Source: a virus (taxonomy: Duplodnaviria; Caudoviricetes). Taken from it: a DNA stretch of 34,929 nucleotides. Below, piece after piece: positions 27,919-34,925 of the stretch; positions within the stretch are counted from its first letter, which is position 1; the number at the start of each line of letters is the position of its first letter. The position numbers and the translations under genes were made by a program. The stretch lies in the IMG/VR virus record IMGVR_UViG_3300038379_000955, positions 1 through 34,929 of that record, one strand, 5' to 3'. The notes beneath the pieces are model-generated. The model worked only from the letters and a program-made list of their open reading frames with translations. It made no database searches and was not told the origin of the DNA.

Positions 27919-28803
27919 ATGAATCCCGAAGCTTATAAAGCTGTTTTTGGGAGTGCGCCAAAAGCAGCAGTAGATTACGCATTATTGTTGGCGTCAAAGC
28001 TGGGCCTGGACGCCGAGTTGGGCCACATTATTCTCATGAAGCGCAGCGTGCGCGACGGCCAGCAGTATACTGAGAAGTGGAGTCCCTATGTGACTCACAA
28101 AGGCCTGCTGCATATTGCCCATGCCAGTGGGCAGTTTGATGGCATGGACACTGAAATTGGCCAGGACGAAAACGGCCAATACTGCATTGCGCGCGTTTGG
28201 CGCAAAGACATGGGCCGCCCGATTGTGGGCCGCGTTTACCGCGTTGAATATGATACCAAAAAATCAACGTGGCTCAGCCACCCGCTCTCGATGCTGGCCA
28301 AAACTGCTGAAGCATTTTGTCTCAGGCGCGCTTTTGATGTTCCGCTGACCGCCGCGGAAGAAATGGGCCAGGAGCAGCTCAATGACGGGCCGGCTCCTGA
28401 CGGTTCGTCTGACCCTCAACCTGAACATCAGTTTAACGAGGCAGATTATCCACGGCCCAGCGCAACCCTCGACATGCTAACTAAGTATTGGCATGCCAAA
28501 AGTTTGGCTTTGGCCATGCACAATCCTTGCAACCCCAACCAGGCTGCTGCACTGCGTGCAGATTTGATTGCCGCCCTAGGGCAAGATATCGCTCAATATT
28601 TGGTGCAGCAGCTTTTACAGGCGAAGGCCGTTAAAAACTTAAGTTTGGGCCAGGCCTTCGTGTTGGCCAGTTGGCTGAAAAGCCCAGCCGCACCGGCGGA
28701 GCTGGAATTAATCAAGCAGGCCTACCACGAGGCCCCAATCCAGTCCTCCGCAAGCCCACAGCCCCCCGATTTGCCGTCCCAAGCGACCGAGGCGGAAGAT
28801 TAG
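27919..28803 (+). CDS. Bet/RecT-family single-strand annealing protein
   Basis: GL..IAH.SGQFDG, VWRKD, EY.....W...P..ML.K.AE...LRRAF; AGGAG RBS before ATG 27919. Confidence 0.8.
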   Translation: MNPEAYKAVFGSAPKAAVDYALLLASKLGLDAELGHIILMKRSVRDGQQYTEKWSPYVTHKGLLHIAHASGQFDGMDTEIGQDENGQYCIARVWRKDMGRPIVGRVYRVEYDTKKSTWLSHPLSMLAKTAEAFCLRRAFDVPLTAAEEMGQEQLNDGPAPDGSSDPQPEHQFNEADYPRPSATLDMLTKYWHAKSLALAMHNPCNPNQAAALRADLIAALGQDIAQYLVQQLLQAKAVKNLSLGQAFVLASWLKSPAAPAELELIKQAYHEAPIQSSASPQPPDLPSQATEAED

Positions 28804-28865
28804 GCGTATTCTTTAGTAAATCGCCCTGGGCATGGCTTAAAACGGCCCAGAAAGGCCTTTTTAAA

Positions 28866-29345
28866 ATGCGCGACAATCTGGCAGATTTGGCTTTGGTCTA
28901 TCGCCAGCGCTGGCAGCAAAGGGAACAGGCGATGGACGCCTGGCGTGCGCAGCGGGAACATCTCCAAGCCAGGATTGCCCAACTCGGGCAACAAATCCTG
29001 GATTTGGAGCATGAGTTGGCACAGCAGCAAGCGGAATATATCCCGCTGAAGCTGGAAGTTGAGCTGGCGGAATTGGAGACAGCGATCTTGGCCGCCCTGG
29101 ATGAAGGGCAGCAGCACGCTGCGATACATCTGCAACGCAGCCAACAGCTAATCACGCCAGCCGATACGGATCGGATCGTTGCGGCCCATCCGGAATGGGC
29201 TAAAATGGAAATCAGTAAGCAAAGAATTCGGGAAGATTTACGTGCCGAGCGCACTACCATCGAGGCATTAACGGCACTGGGAATAGAAGTCGTGCAAAAC
29301 GTGAAAGTCCGATTTAAGGCGGGATTTTTGAGCCATGAATCATAA
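28866..29345 (+). CDS. Coiled-coil protein (Gp157/Gam-like candidate)
   Basis: Heptads followed by EISKQRI..G.EVV; next to SSAP; start chosen at ATG 28866. Confidence 0.45.
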   Translation: MRDNLADLALVYRQRWQQREQAMDAWRAQREHLQARIAQLGQQILDLEHELAQQQAEYIPLKLEVELAELETAILAALDEGQQHAAIHLQRSQQLITPADTDRIVAAHPEWAKMEISKQRIREDLRAERTTIEALTALGIEVVQNVKVRFKAGFLSHES

Positions 29346-29613
29346 ATTTTTCTGGGATCTACCATTCAGTTGTTATCGCTGCCGGCGCTGCCAACGGCGT
29401 TTTTTGCCACATGAGGCCGATCAGTATCAAAAAGGCTTCAAAAAAGGCGACTGTTTAGGCCTGCCAACTTTTTTTGATTTACGGCTGGCGCGCGGCGCTG
29501 GCTTTTACAGCCGGGCGTGGCTGGAAAAACGCGGCCAGGCTGTCGGCACTGAGGTGGCGGCTTATTATAAAATGGGCGGCCACCTCCAACCCTTGTATCG
29601 GAGTCAACGATGA
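29335..29613 (+). CDS. Hypothetical Cys-containing protein
   Basis: Coupled ORF, CRRC. Confidence 0.5.
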   Translation: MNHKFFWDLPFSCYRCRRCQRRFLPHEADQYQKGFKKGDCLGLPTFFDLRLARGAGFYSRAWLEKRGQAVGTEVAAYYKMGGHLQPLYRSQR

Positions 29614-30251
29614 TGCCTGAGAATACGACTGTACGCCTGCAAAAGGAAAAAGAAATTGAAGGGCATCTAAAAAACGTGACGGCGGAGTTTGAGCGGATTG
29701 GCAAACTCCTGGCCGACATTCGCGATCTGCGGCTGTATAAGCCCGACTATCATTCCTTTGCCGAATACATTAAATCACGTTGGAGTATCAGCCGCCAGCA
29801 CGTTTACGATCTGATGCGCGCCGCCTTAATTTCAGACGAGCATCCTGAGATTGGGTTGGATTTTGCGGCGGCAAAGGAACTGGCCAAAACGGCGGCGGCA
29901 ACCCGTGAAGCGGTGGTGGCAGTACTGCAAGTGCTGCCGCCGCCGCACCGCACCGGAGCAACTATTAGAACTATTAGGGATTTAATGCAAACGGCGAGCC
30001 AAAGCGGAACTTTCGATGGCGAGCACCGGATCGCGGCGTTGAGTGCGGCGGTGGCGGCAGAACTGGCCGAAAAACGCGAACGCATGTTGTTGCGTTTGGG
30101 ATCGTCTGAATTGATCAGTGATTGGCGGGGCCGGTGGGCGGATCGTTTTGATGCATTGCCCGGCAGTCTTTTTGCTGAGGAGTCGCAGATTGAGATCAAA
30201 ACCAGTCGGCGGGGCGAGGCGATCATCATGGTTTTTCGGGTTGTCGAATGA
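29610..30251 (+). CDS. Hypothetical phage protein
   Basis: IG..L..IRD.RLY...Y.SF.EY....W.ISR motif common in phage DNA-associated proteins. Confidence 0.6.
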   Translation: MMPENTTVRLQKEKEIEGHLKNVTAEFERIGKLLADIRDLRLYKPDYHSFAEYIKSRWSISRQHVYDLMRAALISDEHPEIGLDFAAAKELAKTAAATREAVVAVLQVLPPPHRTGATIRTIRDLMQTASQSGTFDGEHRIAALSAAVAAELAEKRERMLLRLGSSELISDWRGRWADRFDALPGSLFAEESQIEIKTSRRGEAIIMVFRVVE

Positions 30252-30322
30252 AAAAGTTTTCAACACATCTGACAACTTTTGTAAATATCTGAAAATACTT
30301 GACAACTACTGGCGTGATGATT

Positions 30323-30331
30323 TGATATAAT
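30323..30331 (+). promoter_or_regulatory. Extended -10 promoter upstream of initiator leader
   Basis: TGnTATAAT; TTGACA at 30299 is 21 bp away (non-optimal). Confidence 0.55.
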
Positions 30332-30336
30332 AAAGA

Positions 30337-30441
30337 TGGCAAGTAGAAAGACGAGCCCTTTCCGGGATGCTGCGCAGAAGAAATCTCCTATCTACTTTCT
30401 GCTTGCCAACGCAGCATCCCCCAAAGGGTTTTATTTTATTT
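30337..30441 (+). ncRNA. Putative two-state leader/sRNA (attenuator-like)
   Basis: Interleaved helices 30337-30350/30395-30408 and 30356-30374/30410-30428, followed by U-rich tract. Confidence 0.55.
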
Positions 30442-30459
30442 CTAAGTTCGAGGATAGAA

Positions 30460-31335
30460 ATGGAAAACAGTCGCGTTATTAGTCGTCAAGAAGGCTTCAG
30501 TATTTTGCCCCATCGTTTTTTTGAGTATGGGCTGAAAAACGATGCGTTTGTAGTTTACTGGGCGTTACAAAGTTTCGTTGGGCGAGATCAGAACGAGTGT
30601 TGGCCCAGCCATGCGCGTTTAAGACGCATGGCGGGCAACATTTCGAAGAACACCTTGCTCAAAGCTTTGCAGGCATTGGAGGAGCAAGGCTTCATCGAAA
30701 TCCAAACACGTATTCGTCCGGATGGGGGGCATACATCCAATCTCTATATCATTTTAGCATATCCTGCGCTGGATCAACACGCTAAAATCCAAGCTCAGCC
30801 GCCCGCCGACCCTGCCGAATCTGCCCCCCCCCCTGCTCAAAATTTAAACGGGGGGGGTTCAAAATTTGAACAGGGGGGGGTTCAAAATTTGAACCCGAAC
30901 AATACCCATATCGAATCATACCCAGCAACGGCGACTCCACCGGTGGAAGTGATTCCAACGATCGATCCTATCGCGCCCAAAGAAAAAAATGCAAAAAACG
31001 GCGCGCCAACGCCTAAGCCACCCCAACCTTTGACGCCTTATCAGGCATTTGTGAAAGCTTATGCGGAGCTTTTAGGGCTGGATTTGGCCCTCAATCGTTC
31101 CAAAATCACGGCCAACGCGGCGCGGCTGTGGAAAGCGGGCTACACGGCGGAAAACTTGGCCACTTTTCGGCAGTGGTGGTTTGAGGTCCGCCACGGCCTG
31201 GAGGGCGCGCCGCCTCCCTCCATTGGCGTGATCAATGCTGAAATCAGACGAGCGCTGGAAATGATGCAGCGGCGCGCGGCCCTGCCGCCCGTGGCCCCGG
31301 CCTGGCAAAAAATATTGGATGGTTTTGAAGATTGA
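30460..31335 (+). CDS. Replication initiator (N-terminal wHTH, lambda O-like organisation)
   Basis: CWPS...L......SKNT....L..LE..GFI...SN.Y; internal iterons; GAGGA RBS before ATG 30460. Confidence 0.8.
   Translation: MENSRVISRQEGFSILPHRFFEYGLKNDAFVVYWALQSFVGRDQNECWPSHARLRRMAGNISKNTLLKALQALEEQGFIEIQTRIRPDGGHTSNLYIILAYPALDQHAKIQAQPPADPAESAPPPAQNLNGGGSKFEQGGVQNLNPNNTHIESYPATATPPVEVIPTIDPIAPKEKNAKNGAPTPKPPQPLTPYQAFVKAYAELLGLDLALNRSKITANAARLWKAGYTAENLATFRQWWFEVRHGLEGAPPPSIGVINAEIRRALEMMQRRAALPPVAPAWQKILDGFED
30824..30897. repeat. Iterons / putative replication origin
   Basis: Three (G)TTCAAAATTTRAAC-like quasi-palindromic units separated by G8 runs, preceded by C10, inside initiator gene. Confidence 0.7.
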
Positions 31336-31355
31336 GAAAGGAGCGACAACATCTG

Positions 31356-31413
31356 CCCCCTAAAAATTAGGGGGTATCGCCTACTTGACAAAGTATATCT
31401 CGCGTGCTATACT
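31356..31413 (+). promoter_or_regulatory. Cassette promoter P1 with upstream inverted repeat
   Basis: CCCCCTAA-AAA-TTAGGGGG, then TTGACA(31385)-17 bp-TATACT(31408). Confidence 0.85.
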
Positions 31414-31438
31414 TTATATATAGATAGGAGATAAAGAG

Positions 31439-31735
31439 ATGTTGAATAGGTTAATGCAGATATTTTTTAAGAAAGAACCCCCGCCCCCCCCCCCAAGCCC
31501 CGATCCCGCGCCCTTTTGGGCGGAGATCGAGTTCGCGGAACTCATCGCGTACGCCCAACAGGGCGGGGAAATTTACTTTCCCGTGCTGCTGCGGGGTCGC
31601 GAGATTCGCGACTGCTGGCAGCGGTCAGCAGTGCAGTATCAGGTCCGCTGGGTCGGCGAGGACCGACCTTCCAACGACTACGTTTATCCAGAGGCTTTGG
31701 TCACGGTGCCGCGCAGCGTGACTGTGACCGGGTAG
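31439..31735 (+). CDS. Small protein with poly-Pro and chromo/SH3-like C-terminus
   Basis: AGGAG RBS; YQVRWVGEDRPSNDYVYPEAL. Confidence 0.6.
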   Translation: MLNRLMQIFFKKEPPPPPPSPDPAPFWAEIEFAELIAYAQQGGEIYFPVLLRGREIRDCWQRSAVQYQVRWVGEDRPSNDYVYPEALVTVPRSVTVTG

Positions 31736-31810
31736 CCCCCAGCCCGCTTCGGCGGGATTTTGGGGTAGAGGTTCTAGTCTAGGCCCTACGGGGCAGAAAG
31801 AAAATAAAAT

Positions 31811-32110
31811 ATGTGGCGTCATGGAGATGTTTTGCTGGCTAAGGTGGAAGCCCTGCCCGCTGGGGCCAAACCGCACGCTGGGGCCACCCTGGCTTACGGG
31901 GAAGTGACCGGGCATAGCCATCGTTTTGCCGATCCCGAAAGTGTGGAACTTTTTATGGGGTTGGAGGGGTTGCTGTTTGTCCGCGTGATTGGCCCAAGCG
32001 CCACGCTGATTCACGAAGAACACCAACCCATCACCATCCCGCAAGGGGTGTATCGGGTCTGGCAGCAACGGGAATACAGTCCGCACGCCATCCGGGCGAT
32101 GCTGGACTAG
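31811..32110 (+). CDS. His-motif small beta protein, partner of DUF6745-like genes
   Basis: RHGDV...LA.GE.TGHSH...HEEH..I.IP.G.Y.V..QREY; family recalled as adjacent to DUF6745 genes. Confidence 0.75.
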   Translation: MWRHGDVLLAKVEALPAGAKPHAGATLAYGEVTGHSHRFADPESVELFMGLEGLLFVRVIGPSATLIHEEHQPITIPQGVYRVWQQREYSPHAIRAMLD

Positions 32111-32115
32111 CCGCA

Positions 32116-32139
32116 AGGAGGGGCTAGCCAGCCCCTCCT
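32116..32139 (+). other. Intergenic hairpin
   Basis: AGGAGGGGCT-AGCC-AGCCCCTCCT perfect 10-bp stem, no U tract. Confidence 0.7.
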
Positions 32140-32180
32140 GATGGGAGAGGAGCCTGGAGAAGAATAGATAGGAGATAAAG

Positions 32181-33416
32181 ATGATTGATGCAGATCAGGC
32201 TAAAGCCCTAATTTTGGCGGGAACGGCCCCCGCCGGCCTGCGCGTGGCGGGGGAACTGATCCTGGAAGGGATCGACGCCCCGATAGCTTTCCCGCCTGAC
32301 TTCCAGGCGGAAGTCATCGAGGTGAATGGCTGCCCGAACTTTGTCGGCTTCCCGCCTGACTTCCAGGCGGAAGTCATCGAGGTGACGGGCTGCCCGAACT
32401 TTGTCGGCTTCCCGCCTGACTTCCAGGCGGATCATTATTGGGTGGGGGGCTGCCCCTTGTTCGCGGGCTTCCCGCCCGACTTGCGGGCGCAGCACGTGAT
32501 GGTGCGCTTTTGCCCGCTCTTTGCGGCTTTCCCGCCTGACTTCCAGGCGGATCATTATTGGGTGGAGCATTGCCCGAACTTCGCGGGCTTCCCGCCCGGC
32601 TTGCGGGCGCAGCGCGTGCGAGTGGAAAATTGCCCCTTGTTCGCGGCTTTCCCGCCGGGCTGCCGGGCGCACAGCGTGTGGGTGGAAAATTGCCCGAACT
32701 TTGCGGCTTTCCCGCCCGACTTCCAGGCGGATCATTATTGGGTGGGGCGCTGCCCCTTGTTCGCGGGCTTCCCGCCCGACTTGCGGGCGCAGCACGTGAT
32801 GGTGCGCTTTTGCCCGCTCTTCGCTGGCTTCGCGCCGGGCGGCCAGGCGGATCATTATTGGATGGAAAATTGCCCGAACTTTGTCGGCTTCCCGCCCGGC
32901 TTGCGGGCGCAGCGCGTGACGGTGCGTTTTTGCGCGGCCTTTGTCGGCTTCGCGCCGGGCGGCCAGGCGGACGAAGTGCGCGTGACGCGCTGCCCGAACT
33001 TCAACTTCCACCACGTGCCGTCCGGCGGCGAGTTCTTCTGGAATGATGTGCGGGTTGAGGCCCGCGTGCTGGATTTGCTGGCTCAGCCCGCCACCCTCAC
33101 CGCCCAGGCGATTTTGCACGAGCGCAACGTGGAAATCCGCCGCGTGATGCTGGAGCGCATGGGCTACGCGCGCTTTATCCGCGAATCCCAGGCCGCCACG
33201 CTGGATCAGGATAGCGACGCGGGCGGGGTGCGGCGGCTGCTGAAGATCGCTTTCCCCAATGATGAGGATTTGGTGGTGGTCACCTACCACTGCCCCAGCA
33301 CCGGGCGGCAGTATGTGACCCGCGTCCCACCGACCACCCGCACCTGTCATCAGGCGCTGGCCTGGATCGCGGGCTTTGACGACCCCCATCATTATAAGTT
33401 GGTCGCGGAGAGTTAA
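32181..33416 (+). CDS. Variable LRR-like repeat / DUF6745-like protein, copy B (12 repeats)
   Basis: AGGAG RBS; 411 aa; same caps as copies A and C. Confidence 0.9.
   Translation: MIDADQAKALILAGTAPAGLRVAGELILEGIDAPIAFPPDFQAEVIEVNGCPNFVGFPPDFQAEVIEVTGCPNFVGFPPDFQADHYWVGGCPLFAGFPPDLRAQHVMVRFCPLFAAFPPDFQADHYWVEHCPNFAGFPPGLRAQRVRVENCPLFAAFPPGCRAHSVWVENCPNFAAFPPDFQADHYWVGRCPLFAGFPPDLRAQHVMVRFCPLFAGFAPGGQADHYWMENCPNFVGFPPGLRAQRVTVRFCAAFVGFAPGGQADEVRVTRCPNFNFHHVPSGGEFFWNDVRVEARVLDLLAQPATLTAQAILHERNVEIRRVMLERMGYARFIRESQAATLDQDSDAGGVRRLLKIAFPNDEDLVVVTYHCPSTGRQYVTRVPPTTRTCHQALAWIAGFDDPHHYKLVAES
32301..33020 (+). repeat. Coding tandem array, 12 x 60 bp
   Basis: 60-nt periodicity. Confidence 0.95.
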
Positions 33417-33478
33417 GATACCCCCTAAAAATTAGGGGGTATCGCCTGCTTGACAAAGTATATCTCGCGTGCTATACT
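33417..33478 (+). promoter_or_regulatory. Duplicated cassette promoter P2
   Basis: GATACCCCCTAA-AAA-TTAGGGGGTATC, TTGACA(33450)-17 bp-TATACT(33473); one substitution versus P1. Confidence 0.85.
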
Positions 33479-33509
33479 TTATATATAGAAGAATAGATAG
33501 GAGATAAAG

Positions 33510-34925
33510 ATGATTGATGCAAATCAGGCTAAAGCCCTAATTTTGGCGGGAACGGCCCCCGCCGGCCTGCGCGTGGCGGGGGAACTGATCCTGGAAGGGA
33601 TCGAGGCCCCGATAGCTTTCCCGCCTGACTTCCAGGCGGAAGTCATCGAGGTGAATGGCTGCCCGAACTTTGTCGGCTTCCCGCCCGGCTTGCGGGCGCA
33701 GCACGTGACGGTGCGCTTTTGCCCGAACTTTGTCGGCTTCCCGCCTGACTTCCAGGCGGATCATTATTGGGTGGGGGGCTGCCCCTTGTTTGCTGGCTTC
33801 CCGCCGGGCTGCCGGGCGCACAGCGTGTGGATGGAAAATTGCCCGCTGTTCGCGGCTTTCCCGCCGGGCTGCCGGGCGCAGCGCGTGCGAGTGGAAAATT
33901 GCCCGCTGTTCGCGGCTTTCCCGCCCGACTTCCAGGCGGAAGATTATTGGGTGGGGGGCTGCCCCTTGTTCGCGGGCTTCCCGCCTGACTTGCGGGCGGA
34001 AGATTATTGGGTGACGGGCTGCGCGGCCTTTGTCGGCTTCCCGCCCGACTTGCGGGCGCAGCACGTGACGGTGCGCTTTTGCCCGCGGTTCGCGGGCTTC
34101 CCGCCCGGCTTCCAGGCGCACATCATGGCCGTGAATGGCTGCGCGGCCTTTGTCGGCTTTGCGCCGGGCTGCCGGGCGCACACCGTGTGGGTGGAAAATT
34201 GCCCGCTCTTTGCGGCTTTCCCGCCTGACTTCCAGGCGGATCATTATTGGATGGAAAATTGCCCGCTGTTCGCGGCTTTCCCGCCCGGCTTGCGGGCGCA
34301 GCGCGTGCGAGTGGAAAATTGCCCGAACTTTGCGGCTTTCCCGCCCGACTTCCAGGCGGATCATTATTGGATGGAAAATTGCCCGAACTTTGTCGGCTTC
34401 CCGCCCGGCTTGCGGGCGCACAGCGTGCGGGTGGAAAATTGCCCGCTGTTCGCTGGCTTCGCGCCGGGCGGCCAGGCGGACGAAGTGCGCGTGACGCGCT
34501 GCCCGAACTTCAACTTCCACCACGTGCCGCCCGGCGGCGAGTTCTTCTGGAATGATGTGCGGGTTGAGGCCCGCGTGCTGGATTTGCTGGCTCAGCCCGC
34601 CACCCTCACCGCCCAGGCGATTTTGCACGAGCGCAACGTGGAAATCCGCCGCGTGATGCTGGAGCGCATGGGCTACGCGCGCTTTATCCGCGAATCCCAG
34701 GCCGCCACGCTGGATCAGGATAGCGACGCGGGCGGGGTGCGGCGGCTGCTGAAGATCGCTTTCCCCAATGATGAGGATTTGGTGGTGGTCACCTACCACT
34801 GCCCCAGCACCGGGCGGCAGTATGTGACCCGCGTCCCACCGACCACCCGCACCTGTCATCAGGCGCTGGCCTGGATCGCGGGCTTTGACGACCCCCATCA
34901 TTATAAGTTGGTCGCGGAGAGTTAA
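33510..34925 (+). CDS. Variable LRR-like repeat / DUF6745-like protein, copy C (15 repeats)
   Basis: AGGAG RBS; 471 aa. Confidence 0.9.
   Translation: MIDANQAKALILAGTAPAGLRVAGELILEGIEAPIAFPPDFQAEVIEVNGCPNFVGFPPGLRAQHVTVRFCPNFVGFPPDFQADHYWVGGCPLFAGFPPGCRAHSVWMENCPLFAAFPPGCRAQRVRVENCPLFAAFPPDFQAEDYWVGGCPLFAGFPPDLRAEDYWVTGCAAFVGFPPDLRAQHVTVRFCPRFAGFPPGFQAHIMAVNGCAAFVGFAPGCRAHTVWVENCPLFAAFPPDFQADHYWMENCPLFAAFPPGLRAQRVRVENCPNFAAFPPDFQADHYWMENCPNFVGFPPGLRAHSVRVENCPLFAGFAPGGQADEVRVTRCPNFNFHHVPPGGEFFWNDVRVEARVLDLLAQPATLTAQAILHERNVEIRRVMLERMGYARFIRESQAATLDQDSDAGGVRRLLKIAFPNDEDLVVVTYHCPSTGRQYVTRVPPTTRTCHQALAWIAGFDDPHHYKLVAES
33630..34529 (+). repeat. Coding tandem array, 15 x 60 bp
   Basis: 60-nt periodicity. 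Confidence 0.95.

Noticed and set aside
30367-30459. N-terminal extension of initiator from ATG 30367
   Set aside because: No good RBS, overlaps the structured RNA; ATG 30460 has GAGGA
32301-33020. TALE/PPR-like nucleic-acid code
   Set aside because: Repeats are 20 aa, Pro-rich with a beta-strand pattern, unlike 34-35 aa helical repeats; nucleic-acid binding is not excluded but is unsupported
32208-34901. Long antisense and alternate-frame ORFs over the LRR genes (also 3-1334 minus)
   Set aside because: Shadow ORFs expected from GC-rich in-frame repeats lacking stops; promoter, RBS and domain evidence favour the plus frame
32181-34925. Diversity-generating retroelement (TR/VR)
   Set aside because: No reverse transcriptase; differences are block swaps, not adenine-specific; the C-terminus is the constant part
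32181-34925. Shufflon/invertase-driven variation
   Set aside because: All units are in direct orientation; no tyrosine or serine recombinase recognised
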